Shown: positions 1 through 8,919, numbered from the stretch's first letter. The stretch is DNA of 64,000 bases from Bacteroidota bacterium (GCA_036152255.1 JAYZNI010000001.1:802-64801); one strand, 5' to 3'. Notes: generated by a model not told the origin, from the letters alone. Numbers and translations are program-made.

Positions 1-1251
1 CCCATTTTCGTATAGTCGGTTGTTTAATTTATATTGAAATCCAAAGTTGTAACCAAATTGACGTTTAAATAGTTTTAAGTTATCTCCAAAAGAAAAGCTA
101 TGTGAAATATCTAAAATCGGAGTTATTTTCTTTGGTGCCCAATTGTTTTGAAAAGCTTGTGTTTGATTTGATAAATTTTGGTTTAGATCTTCACGAATGT
201 CTGTCATAATAACATCATCGATATAGTCTACTGATTCAATTTCCAGATCATTTGCTATTGTGTAAATGTTGGTTTGATTCTCACCAAAACCGATATCATC
301 AGAAGAAAATATACCTAATTCAGCTAGGTCATTTTCATATCCTGCGTAAACTAAAGCGTCATAGTAATTAGAAACCTGAATTGGAAGAATGTGTCCATTG
401 CTAACAGAACTTGGAATATCGAGAAAACCATTATCCCAACCAAATACTTCAGTGCTCCCAGCCTCACTTGTAATAAAGTTTGGATTAAAAGATGAATTTG
501 TATTGTAACCGATGGATGTTGAGTAATTAAACGTAAAGTTGTCAGGGTAATCTTTTGTTAAAATATTGATATATGCTCCTGAATAATTAGAGGGAAGATT
601 AGAATTTAAGGTCTTTACAATAACTAAATTATCTATCAAATTAGTTGGGAATAAGTCCATAGAAACAGAATTTCTTTTTGGATCTAAAGAAGGTATTTCT
701 GCTCCATTTAATGCTGTTCTTATATAACGATCACTCAGACCTCTAACAACAACAAAATTTCCAATTGTATATACTCCACTTACACGTTTTATTGCACTAC
801 TTGCGTCACTATCACCATTTCTTTTTATCTCTTGAGAAGATACATAATCAATCATGGAGCTTTCTTTCTTTTTTACGTTTTCCATGTAGGTGGTGCTAGC
901 TCTATTCTGTCTTACTTCAACTACAGCTTCATTGTCAATTGTAATAACTGCAGACTCAAGAGAGAAATTTAATGTAATGGTTTCATTTCCTGTTATTTTG
1001 ATGTTTTGTTTTAGTGTTTGATAAGCAATGAACCTTCCTACTAAAGTATAATCCCCGGGTTCTAGATTAGTTATTGTGTAATTCCCATCGAAATCGGTCA
1101 TTGTACCTTTTCCTGATGATTCAATTATTACGGTTGCTCCTAATAGCAACTCTCCAGTTGTCTTGTCAGTCACTACTCCTTTAATTGTTCCTTGTGCATT
1201 TATTTGACAAAAAACAATAACAAAAAGAATAAGTGAAAAGTAATTTTTCAT
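1..1251 (-). CDS. TonB-dependent receptor (SusC/RagA-like N-terminus); only the first 417 codons are present, the C-terminus lies beyond base 1
   Basis: Not in the ORF track because it runs off the window. Manual translation from the ATG (complement of 1249-1251): MKNYFSLILFVIVFCQINAQGTIKGVVTDKTTGELLLGATVIIESSGKGTMTDFDGNYTITNLEPGDYTL (CarboxypepD_reg-like), then SAIKRVSGVYTIGNFVVVRGLSDRYIRTALNGAEIPSLDPKRNSVSMDLFPTNLIDNLVIVKT (TonB-receptor plug motifs). I checked the phase for minus-strand stops (tta/cta/tca) over bases 1-600 and found none. Confidence 0.85.
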   Translation of the reverse strand, partial: MKNYFSLILFVIVFCQINAQGTIKGVVTDKTTGELLLGATVIIESSGKGTMTDFDGNYTITNLEPGDYTLVGRFIAYQTLKQNIKITGNETITLNFSLESAVITIDNEAVVEVRQNRASTTYMENVKKKESSMIDYVSSQEIKRNGDSDASSAIKRVSGVYTIGNFVVVRGLSDRYIRTALNGAEIPSLDPKRNSVSMDLFPTNLIDNLVIVKTLNSNLPSNYSGAYINILTKDYPDNFTFNYSTSIGYNTNSSFNPNFITSEAGSTEVFGWDNGFLDIPSSVSNGHILPIQVSNYYDALVYAGYENDLAELGIFSSDDIGFGENQTNIYTIANDLEIESVDYIDDVIMTDIREDLNQNLSNQTQAFQNNWAPKKITPILDISHSFSFGDNLKLFKRQFGYNFGFQYKLNNRLYENG

Positions 1252-1334
1252 TAAAATAAATCTATTAAACGTCAAATAATTTTATGGTCTAATTATTTGA
1301 TTTTTTTCCCCAATCATTAAATATCTATTAACCA

Positions 1335-1362
1335 AAAGAGGGATGGTATACCATCCCTCTTT
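1335..1362 (-). terminator. Intrinsic-terminator-like hairpin between the 550-aa gene and the TonB receptor gene
   Basis: AAAGAGGGATGG-TATA-CCATCCCTCTTT, a perfect 12-bp stem. On the minus strand the stem runs into TTTTGG. An A-run on the other flank means it could act in both directions. Confidence 0.55.
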
Positions 1363-1382
1363 CAAAAAAAATTACTTACCTA

Positions 1383-3035
1383 CTATTCAATAATAAGTTT
1401 TGAATATTGAGCTTGGTTATCACTTAAAATATTTACTATATACATTCCCTCTGGTAAGTTCATTAAACTGATGGTTACAATTTCCCCAGCGCTAATGTTT
1501 CTTGTATTGTTAAAAACTAGTTTTCCATTTAAGTCGGTGATATTTATACTTGCCGTTTGTGCCTCTGATTCAAATGAAATTGAGAACTCACCGTTGGTAG
1601 GATTTGGGAAAATTGAGAACTCAGATTTTGTAGCTTCATCAATATCAGAAGCATCGCAACTAATAAACCCTCTTTCGCTTAGCATAGACCATCCATCTAG
1701 CCATGTGCATTCTAAATTGGGATCAAAGGCTCCAGGGTAGCTATTCGTTTCAAACCAATCCAGTTCAGCAGATGAGCCAACGGATAATGCAGCAGTAGGT
1801 ATTAAATTTAAAAGACCTGCTCCTTGTATAATAGTATTGTTTATTCCTGTGGTCGCTACGCTATTGTCATTTTCATCAAAAGTAGCTTGAAATACTGATG
1901 ATGAATTATTAGCAGCTTCTGTAGAATCACTTTCTGACGACCATCCAGATCCCATTGATATTGTAAACAAATCACTTGAAGTTGCATTTAATCCTTCAGC
2001 AGTACATTGATCAAACACATTTCCCTGAAACACAATTTCATCATTAGATAGTCTTGCATATGAATCTTCTCCAGATGCTAAATTTTCAACATCAAAGCCT
2101 TTTCCCCAACCATAAAATATAGAGTTGTGGTATTCTCCAGCGGCGTTGTCTCTTAAAGTAAGTGCTCGTTTACCCGCTGTTGAGCCTTGCCCAATATAAG
2201 TTGCGTTAAAGATGATAGGGTGGGCATATGGCATGCCGTCCTCTGGATCTGTTCCGCCATCATGTTCTCCCCCTCTATCGCCTTCGCCTTCCTCTTGAAT
2301 AGTACACCAATATTGACCATACCCTCTCCAACCTTCGTCATAATCAAATGAGTCGTCACCACAGAAAGCAGTAAGGACATATTTTATTGATGCGGTTCCT
2401 CCGAAAAATTCAACACCATCGTCAGCATTAGAGATTACTTCAATATGGTCAAAGTTTGTGTTAGATCCAACTCCACCAAGAGTAAGTCCATTGATTTCGT
2501 TACCAGCTCCAATATCAGTTCCACCATGTCTGATTGACACATATGACATTGAACCACTATTGTCCATGTCATCATTACCGCCATATCTTCCTCTTGATTC
2601 AGTATCTGGTATTCCTTCAATCTGAGTTTCCCCAGGCGTAGAGTTAAGCTGTGCGTCTCCAAGAACGATTACTCCCCCCCATTGACCTTTGATATTATAT
2701 GGAGTTGAACCGTCGAGAGCATCGTTTTCAAACGTAAAAATAATTGGGCTATCGCTTGTCCCGTTTGCAAATATTTGACCTCCTCGTGCTACAACTAGTG
2801 CAGATGCATCTGCTCCAGAGCCAGATTTTCCTTTAATTATAGTGCCCGGTTCAATTGTTAAAACATCACCATCATTTACAAATACAAATCCATCAAGAAG
2901 ATATATATTATCATTTGTCCATGTTGTTGTTCCTGTTCCTGAACCATCGTCAGTAATAGTTATCTGAGAAAATAAATTAGTTGAGGCTAATATGATTGAA
3001 ATAAATACAAGGAGTAGAGTAAGTGAATTTTTCAT
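1383..3035 (-). CDS. Secreted protein with T9SS C-terminal sorting domain; N-terminal region looks like a parallel beta-helix of unknown function
   Basis: Signal peptide MKNSLTLLLVFISIILASTNLFS|Q. Repetitive G/N/D-rich motifs (LTIEPGTIIKG, NEINGLTLGGVGSNT, ADDGVEFFGGT). The C-terminal ~80 aa (FSIFPNPTNGEFSISFES...ITDLNGKLVFN...GMYIVNILSDNQAQYSKLIIE) matches the type A Por/T9SS secretion tail pattern. Confidence 0.8.
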   Translation of the reverse strand: MKNSLTLLLVFISIILASTNLFSQITITDDGSGTGTTTWTNDNIYLLDGFVFVNDGDVLTIEPGTIIKGKSGSGADASALVVARGGQIFANGTSDSPIIFTFENDALDGSTPYNIKGQWGGVIVLGDAQLNSTPGETQIEGIPDTESRGRYGGNDDMDNSGSMSYVSIRHGGTDIGAGNEINGLTLGGVGSNTNFDHIEVISNADDGVEFFGGTASIKYVLTAFCGDDSFDYDEGWRGYGQYWCTIQEEGEGDRGGEHDGGTDPEDGMPYAHPIIFNATYIGQGSTAGKRALTLRDNAAGEYHNSIFYGWGKGFDVENLASGEDSYARLSNDEIVFQGNVFDQCTAEGLNATSSDLFTISMGSGWSSESDSTEAANNSSSVFQATFDENDNSVATTGINNTIIQGAGLLNLIPTAALSVGSSAELDWFETNSYPGAFDPNLECTWLDGWSMLSERGFISCDASDIDEATKSEFSIFPNPTNGEFSISFESEAQTASINITDLNGKLVFNNTRNISAGEIVTISLMNLPEGMYIVNILSDNQAQYSKLIIE

Positions 3036-3093
3036 CTTTAATTAATTTAATTCACTGCAAATTTTAACTTCTTTCTAAAAAACTAGTTTATCA

Positions 3094-3101
3094 CAAAATT
3101 A
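3094..3101 (-). promoter_or_regulatory. Candidate Bacteroidetes -7 promoter box (TAnnTTTG) for the 550-aa T9SS cargo gene
   Basis: The minus strand reads TAATTTTG, 58 nt upstream of the ATG at 3035. This is a motif match only. Confidence 0.3.
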
Positions 3102-3120
3102 TCTATACGTTATGTTATAG

Positions 3121-4626
3121 TTAATTCAGCTTTTTAAAGAAGTCACTTATCCCCGAACTGAATGCGTTGGGGATTTCATATAAAACTTCAGAGTATGTAA
3201 TGTCGCTATTAACACCTACGGCAATTACAATTGAAACAAACAGACCAATGAAAGCAAAGCTTACATCTTTAAATGCAAGTCTTAAACCTCCTAAAATTGT
3301 ATTATTTCCAGTTTTCATAATAGACATCCCTAATTCTCTTCCTGCCAATAACCCTATAAATACCCATGTAGTGCTCATTGGTACTTTACTGTGCATTTTA
3401 AAATAAAATAAAATAACACAATAAATTAGGTCAATAAGTGTAGCGAATCTAACATCAGTAACAACTGATTTTTCAGTAACAATTTTTTGAATCCTACCAC
3501 CTTTATAATAAAGTAAAACTCCTAAACCAACTGTAACAATTCCGATAAAGGTTATTAACTCTAGAACACTTAATGTTCTGGGTAAATAAACAGCAATATT
3601 TGCTGCATCTTGTGTTAGCCATGTTGCCCACAGTAATCCAGATGTCATCCACTGCGCGATAACCCAAACAGGTTTTACTTTACCTACGAAATACTTTTTT
3701 GAAAATTTAGCGACTAACATGAAAAACACAAGACCAAAAACAAATGCCATAATATACCCACTCATACTTTTCGCTAAGACTTTTCCAACGGCACTTGTAC
3801 TTGCAGCAAATGATGTAAGTAGAATAAAAGTTGTAGAAACTGGCATTCTAAGTCTTGTTAAGATTAATAGAAAAATTGCCGCAGAAACTTGTAAAAAATG
3901 AAAATGTTTAGGAGCTTTTTCGAATCCCTTTGCTGATAGTCTAGCATGACTTACGTCCCCATCTGGTATGCCGTCTGGATATAGATCAAAAATTAAATCG
4001 TCGCTTTCGCTCTCAGAATTTATCAAATAGATATTTTCCTCTCCAGAAGCTAAAACTATATATTCAATTTCAACGTACTTATTGAATGTATTTTTAACTG
4101 AAGGATATGTTTCTTCAGCTGTTTTCATATTGATTACTTCACACATTTGCCCCATGTCATCAACAAAAAAGCACGTTCCGTAATCTTTATTAAAATAATT
4201 TGTAGAGAAATTAGACGTAAATGTATTTTCACCGCCGTTTGATTTCCATGTTATGCTATGCGAATCTCTATCTATGTTAATGTCTTTAATAATAGATGTT
4301 TTAGAAATTACCGTGACGCCAGTTTCATCTACTTTAAGCCATGAATATGTCATTGTTATGCAAAAAATGCCGGCAATAAAAATCCACAACATCCACCATT
4401 TTTTATCTTGATTGGATGCAATAAATGTTCCAATTGTTTGAATGCTATCGTTCGCTATTGCTGCATAAGCAGCAAATAAAAACCCTACCCACATAGCAAT
4501 CTGAGGGTAGGGAGTTGCAAACATTGCGATAATGAATGCTAATGATATGAAAGATAAAAATGAGCGTTCACTTTTTTGTAGCCAAACGACTTCAGGGTAG
4601 CCGAAGGCCTTGAAAAGTTTTTTCAT
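3121..4626 (-). CDS. Divergent PiT/PHO4-superfamily membrane transporter (putative phosphate or anion permease) with a large soluble insertion
   Basis: Multi-TM protein. Duplicated PHO4-like motifs are present: AIANDSIQTIG and LTQDAANIAV (cf. GANDVAN), plus RMPVSTTF and VPMSTTW (cf. PVSTTH). Start chosen at MKKLFKAFG (4626) rather than the ORF-track start 4653, which overlaps the upstream small ORF. Lies next to a PhoR/PhoB-like two-component pair. Confidence 0.55.
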   Translation of the reverse strand: MKKLFKAFGYPEVVWLQKSERSFLSFISLAFIIAMFATPYPQIAMWVGFLFAAYAAIANDSIQTIGTFIASNQDKKWWMLWIFIAGIFCITMTYSWLKVDETGVTVISKTSIIKDINIDRDSHSITWKSNGGENTFTSNFSTNYFNKDYGTCFFVDDMGQMCEVINMKTAEETYPSVKNTFNKYVEIEYIVLASGEENIYLINSESESDDLIFDLYPDGIPDGDVSHARLSAKGFEKAPKHFHFLQVSAAIFLLILTRLRMPVSTTFILLTSFAASTSAVGKVLAKSMSGYIMAFVFGLVFFMLVAKFSKKYFVGKVKPVWVIAQWMTSGLLWATWLTQDAANIAVYLPRTLSVLELITFIGIVTVGLGVLLYYKGGRIQKIVTEKSVVTDVRFATLIDLIYCVILFYFKMHSKVPMSTTWVFIGLLAGRELGMSIMKTGNNTILGGLRLAFKDVSFAFIGLFVSIVIAVGVNSDITYSEVLYEIPNAFSSGISDFFKKLN

Positions 4627-4627
4627 T

Positions 4628-4711
4628 TTATAATGAAAGCATAAATACTGCAATCATAAGAGCCATGTAAACAAATGGTGTAAGATCGAGTTTTTTCGCT
4701 GTTTTTTCCAT
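4628..4711 (-). CDS. Candidate 27-aa single-TM peptide immediately upstream of the PiT-like gene
   Basis: Manual translation: MEKTAKKLDLTPFVYMALMIAVFMLSL*. The stop is 1 nt before the ATG of the downstream permease (4626). It is below the ORF-track size cutoff. No homology evidence is available to me. Confidence 0.3.
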   Translation of the reverse strand: MEKTAKKLDLTPFVYMALMIAVFMLSL

Positions 4712-4779
4712 TACTTCTTAAGTAATCTTCTTATCAGGCTAAATTCTGAACACTATTATGAAGCAATGTTAAGTTAATG

Positions 4780-5841
4780 TTAAGACAAGGTTAAGTTATT
4801 TTCATCTTGGCCAGTCTTCTGAAGAGTAAAGCTGAATGTAGTACCCTTTCCAAAAGTTGAGCGAACATGTATGTTTTCACCATGTGCCTCAATAATGTGC
4901 TTAACAATAGCTAGTCCTAGACCTGATCCTCCAGCATTCCTAGACCTACTCTTATCCACTCTGTAAAACCTTTCATAGATTCTCATAAGGTCTTTCTTCT
5001 TGATTCCAATACCATCGTCACTTACTTCAATAAGGACTTTTTCGCCCATGTCGAAGAATTTAACTCTAGTGTGCCCACCGTCATTTCCGTAGTTAATGGA
5101 GTTTACAAGTAGGTTACTTACGACTTGTTCAATTTTATTTACATCGCAAATGACTGTGAATTCTTCTTGGTCTGAAACGCTAAGAGTAATGTTTGATTTT
5201 TCCGCTTTTTTGTGGAGACTATCAACGATATCTTTACAGAGTTCTACAATATTTGTAGTGTGTGGGTCGATGCTCATTACGCCAGACTCAATCTTGTAAA
5301 TGCTATCTAGATCTTCGAGTAATCCAGTCATCCTGTCGATATTCTTTTCTGCCTTTCTCAAGAATTTATCTCTGATTTCTGGATCATCTGCTCCGCCCTC
5401 TATTAGGGTCATAATAAATCCCTGTATGTTGAATAGTGGAGTTTTTAATTCGTGAGCAAGGTTGCCGATAAAGTCCTTTCTGAATGAGTCAGTTTCTCTA
5501 AGAATGGTAATCTCTTCAATTTGCTCAGAAGCCCAATCCATGACGTCTTGGTTTACCTTTCCAATAACGTCCTCGTCCATGTTGATTTGTGGATCTCCAG
5601 ATCCCTTCATCTTACTGATTGTCTTATAAAGGATTTTAATTCTTTGGTTAATAAACTCCTCAATAGCGCGGTAGATAACAAAGTAGCTGATCTCTTCAAT
5701 TATAACTCCTAAGGCTATCGTGTAGAACCAATATTGCAAAGCATCGATAGCGATTAAAACAAGAATTGAAGTAAAAAAGCTTATTATGCCGAGCTTAATA
5801 GCTGATTGTCTTGCAATTTGTTTAGGTGTGCTGTTGTTCAT
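4780..5841 (-). CDS. Sensor histidine kinase (HisKA + HATPase_c), PhoR-like
   Basis: Two N-terminal TM segments. H-box GNLAHELKTPL, N-box NLLVNSINYG, G1 VSDDGIGI, G2 GGSGLGLAIV. Its start abuts the stop of the upstream response regulator (5841/5842). Confidence 0.9.
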   Translation of the reverse strand: MNNSTPKQIARQSAIKLGIISFFTSILVLIAIDALQYWFYTIALGVIIEEISYFVIYRAIEEFINQRIKILYKTISKMKGSGDPQINMDEDVIGKVNQDVMDWASEQIEEITILRETDSFRKDFIGNLAHELKTPLFNIQGFIMTLIEGGADDPEIRDKFLRKAEKNIDRMTGLLEDLDSIYKIESGVMSIDPHTTNIVELCKDIVDSLHKKAEKSNITLSVSDQEEFTVICDVNKIEQVVSNLLVNSINYGNDGGHTRVKFFDMGEKVLIEVSDDGIGIKKKDLMRIYERFYRVDKSRSRNAGGSGLGLAIVKHIIEAHGENIHVRSTFGKGTTFSFTLQKTGQDENNLTLS

Positions 5842-6525
5842 TTAGCCTATGAATTTGTAGCCAATTCCTTTTATGGTTTTAATAGCATCATTGTCCATTT
5901 TTTCTCTAAGCTTCCTGATGTGAACGTCTATGGTTCTGTCTCCAACAACTACCTCAGCGCCCCAAATCTTATCCATTATCTCTTCTCTAGTGTGGACTGC
6001 ACCAGGATCAGAGCAAAGCAGTGCAAGTAGCTTGAATTCTTTTCTAGGAAGCACTAAGTCTTTGCCGTCGAATTTTACACTGTGATTTTTTTTGTTGATT
6101 TCGATTCGGCCTTCCTTGATGATGGCTGATTGAGTAACTTCATCCTTCAAGCCACCTCGCCTTAGTAGAGCTTTAACTCTGCTTACTAAGACTTTGGGCT
6201 TGATAGGCTTTTCGATATAATCATCTGCACCAGCTTCAAATCCAGCAATCTGACTGTAGTCTTCTCCACGAGCAGTAAGAAATGCAATAAGAACTCCCTT
6301 TAGCTTTTCATTTTCTCTAATTTTCTCACAAGTCTCAATACCGTCCATTTCTGGCATCATCATATCGAGCAGGATTAAATCTGGCTCGTATTCATTTGCT
6401 ATAGCGATGCCTTCTTCGCCATTATTAGCAATTTTTACAGTGTAATCTGCTGATCTAAGATTGTAAGAAAGGAAATCCAGGATATCACTTTCGTCATCTA
6501 CAAGGAGAATTTTTTTCAAAGACAT
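5842..6525 (-). CDS. OmpR/PhoB-family response regulator
   Basis: Receiver motifs KILLVDDE, LILLDMMMPEMDG, LTARGE, EKP. Winged-helix C-terminus (RTIDVHIRKLREK...GIGYKF). Start moved to MSLKKILLVDD (6525), 1 nt after the stop of the upstream gene. The ORF-track N-terminal extension to 6606 overlaps that gene. Confidence 0.9.
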   Translation of the reverse strand: MSLKKILLVDDESDILDFLSYNLRSADYTVKIANNGEEGIAIANEYEPDLILLDMMMPEMDGIETCEKIRENEKLKGVLIAFLTARGEDYSQIAGFEAGADDYIEKPIKPKVLVSRVKALLRRGGLKDEVTQSAIIKEGRIEINKKNHSVKFDGKDLVLPRKEFKLLALLCSDPGAVHTREEIMDKIWGAEVVVGDRTIDVHIRKLREKMDNDAIKTIKGIGYKFIG

Positions 6526-6526
6526 C

Positions 6527-7591
6527 TTAATTTTTAATTCTGTTGAACTTGAGTGCGTATAGCATCCACTTTGGCAAAGGTCTCTTTGGATCGCGCTTTT
6601 GAACATTCAAGAATAAGCCTAATTTTTCTAGAATTGGAATTTTGTGCACTTCAATTAACTCCAACCAACATTCATCCGGGTCATCTATATAAGTGCAATG
6701 AACAGAAGTGTGATCTCCCATGCTTAGAGCATCATTTGTATCGCACCTAAACCCAAAACCTTGTTTATCCAACTCCTCACCCAATTCCTTCATCCCTCTT
6801 ATATCAAATCCCAAATGAGCAATTCCTGTATCTGCCCAAATCCTATCCTCAAAGATGAACCTTCCCTTTCTATCTAATGCTTGCACTAGTTCAATCGTAG
6901 TTTCTCCCATGATAGCAGCGAAACCTCCAGTTCCTGGGTTGGTTTGTGCTAAAATCACCCTGCGATAATTCTCTTCACCTCCTGGTAAATGCGCCCAATC
7001 TTCAAAAGATCCATTCTCATCTAATAGAACTTTATCGTATCCCAATATGTTGCAGTAGAGTTTGAAGCTCTCTTCTATATTGCTAACGCCAATTGTGCAC
7101 CCCATAATCCCGCCTGAGGGGTGTCCATGATTGGTAAACCATTTATCTGATTCCAAAATTTGGAATAAGTTGTTGTCGAAGTCTCCAAGGTAGAACGTCA
7201 ATCTACCTAGAGGGTCAATAACTAATTCTTCATCACATAAGTCGCCAAGAATTTCTCTTGCGTGTTCATGCATCTTTCTAATGTCTGGAGTTTTTACAGT
7301 TGTGCAACCTATACCTAGGTCACCAATTGCCAAATCAAACACAGGACCTTTGGGTGTAAATGATGTTGGTGATATCACCTCTACTGAACACCCTCCTTGG
7401 TGATTAAGAACCATACTAGCTCTTTTTGTAATAGTCTCTCCACCACAGTGAGAATCCATTAATGGAGCAGCAGCTACTGCATCAAAAAAGGGGATATCAA
7501 GCCCAAAAAGCTTTCGGTAAAGCTTTAAACTTTTGTCCATATCAGACACCGCTATTCCTACGTGCTGAATTCCTTGTATTACGTACGTCAT
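6527..7591 (-). CDS. Two-domain VOC (glyoxalase/bleomycin-resistance/dioxygenase) family protein
   Basis: The N-terminal IQHVGIAVSDMDKSLKLYRKLFGLD is a typical VOC beta-alpha-beta start. A second copy sits around GCTIGVSNIEESFKLYCNILGYD. There is an ATGA overlap with the upstream acyltransferase gene. Confidence 0.7.
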   Translation of the reverse strand: MTYVIQGIQHVGIAVSDMDKSLKLYRKLFGLDIPFFDAVAAAPLMDSHCGGETITKRASMVLNHQGGCSVEVISPTSFTPKGPVFDLAIGDLGIGCTTVKTPDIRKMHEHAREILGDLCDEELVIDPLGRLTFYLGDFDNNLFQILESDKWFTNHGHPSGGIMGCTIGVSNIEESFKLYCNILGYDKVLLDENGSFEDWAHLPGGEENYRRVILAQTNPGTGGFAAIMGETTIELVQALDRKGRFIFEDRIWADTGIAHLGFDIRGMKELGEELDKQGFGFRCDTNDALSMGDHTSVHCTYIDDPDECWLELIEVHKIPILEKLGLFLNVQKRDPKRPLPKWMLYALKFNRIKN

Positions 7592-8916
7592 GATTTGATT
7601 GCGTCAATGTAATTAGTCCAAGCTTCTCTCAAGTTGCTCATTTTATCACTAGACCAAAACTCTTGGCCTTCAACTGCGTCCTCGTAATCGTTGTAAAAAT
7701 CTGTAAGCTTACCGTAGAGGATGTTTCCCCAATTAGCCCAAATGTAAAATCCAACTAACCCCATCCAAAATGGTGCAATCTCGTATTTAGAAAGAAAGTA
7801 CCCACAAATTGAACCAAATAAAATCCATGTAATAGGGAAAATGAACATAGCTGGTCCAATCTTAAACGTGCTTCTAAATTCTACCTTCTTAACTTTATCT
7901 CCCTTTTTGTTAAGCACAAAATGCTGAAGGGCAGTTGGTAGCTGTGCTATCCATCCAATAGGTTTTAGAAGTAGAGTTAGATAGTTTTTTCTCCTTGAAT
8001 CTTTTGAGGTTTGGCCCCAGGCCTCCACTCGATTAGAATTTTCAAAACCAGCTTGCTGTAATTTTTCAAAACTTTTCTTAGCATTGTCCAGCCAAGAATC
8101 GTTTTCAGCAGATGTTTTGATTCTATCAAGTTCTTTAAGGATAACCTCCCAATCTTCACCAGCCTTTTCTGTTGGCCTAAGAGATTTAACATATGGCTCG
8201 AGCAAATTATATTCTGAAGCTGGTTGAATGTCTATGGTTAACTTCCTCAAGGCGTCGGTTATTCTTTCGTTAAGACTTGCGAAATCAATGGCGCCAGTTT
8301 TTTTGTCATAAAGATCTATCCACTCAATTGGCTTTCCAGCTCTAAGGGCTAATCTTCTCCTATAAGTTGGATAGTGCTCGTAGTCTTGGCCAAAAGGAAT
8401 AAGTTGCATTCGGCCTAAACTTTCATGCCTTGAATACGCCCTTCCAAGTAAATCTGATACACCTCTTTTAAGTGGCCTCAAGGTTTTTTGTGGATTATGG
8501 TTGCCTTCTGGAAACAATGCCATGGCAGCCCCTATTTCTAGACGGTCAATACAGTTATTCCAAATTATTTCATTCCTCTCTCTTGTGTCAGCGAGTCTAT
8601 CTCTTTGTCTGTATATAGGTAGTTGATTGAACCAGAATAAGATTTTTCTAAATACTGGATTCCAAAAAACGTCTGCCCTTGTTAACCAATGAAACTGACG
8701 ATAAGTCTGTCCACAAATATTTAGCGGATCCATCATTCCGTTTTGGTTATTACCTACTATGACCATAGGGGTCTTTTTGTCTGTGAAATTTTCTAACCCA
8801 GTAACGACATCTGTTCTGTGAAATCTTTTTGTTCCTTGTTCAACAAGAAGTCTTGCAAGGAAATACGCTAAATGAACTCTTTGGACTGGAGGGGTTAAAA
8901 TCGGCTTCTTCATCAA
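7588..8916 (-). CDS. PlsC-like lysophospholipid acyltransferase family protein with a C-terminal 2-TM anchor; catalytic His not seen
   Basis: Block III FPEGNHN is present, and arginine-rich blocks (YRQRD, LRPLKRG). The box-I region reads VIVGNNQNGMMDPL, so no His is present. C-terminal hydrophobic segments PAMFIFPITWILFGSICGYFL and FWMGLVGFYIWANWG. Confidence 0.6.
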   Translation of the reverse strand: MMKKPILTPPVQRVHLAYFLARLLVEQGTKRFHRTDVVTGLENFTDKKTPMVIVGNNQNGMMDPLNICGQTYRQFHWLTRADVFWNPVFRKILFWFNQLPIYRQRDRLADTRERNEIIWNNCIDRLEIGAAMALFPEGNHNPQKTLRPLKRGVSDLLGRAYSRHESLGRMQLIPFGQDYEHYPTYRRRLALRAGKPIEWIDLYDKKTGAIDFASLNERITDALRKLTIDIQPASEYNLLEPYVKSLRPTEKAGEDWEVILKELDRIKTSAENDSWLDNAKKSFEKLQQAGFENSNRVEAWGQTSKDSRRKNYLTLLLKPIGWIAQLPTALQHFVLNKKGDKVKKVEFRSTFKIGPAMFIFPITWILFGSICGYFLSKYEIAPFWMGLVGFYIWANWGNILYGKLTDFYNDYEDAVEGQEFWSSDKMSNLREAWTNYIDAIKS

Positions 8917-8919
8917 ATA

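Noticed and set aside
4627-4653. ORF-track N-terminal extensions: 4653 for the permease, 6606 for the response regulator, 19650 for tdh, 35014 for the HD gene, 14406 and 54173 for the lipoproteins, 60649 for the PorP-like gene
   Set aside because: In each case the extension overlaps a neighbouring gene or adds non-homologous residues ahead of a canonical N-terminus (receiver MSLKKILLVDD, Rossmann MEKTLIIGASG, lipoprotein or signal peptides). Internal Met starts were preferred.
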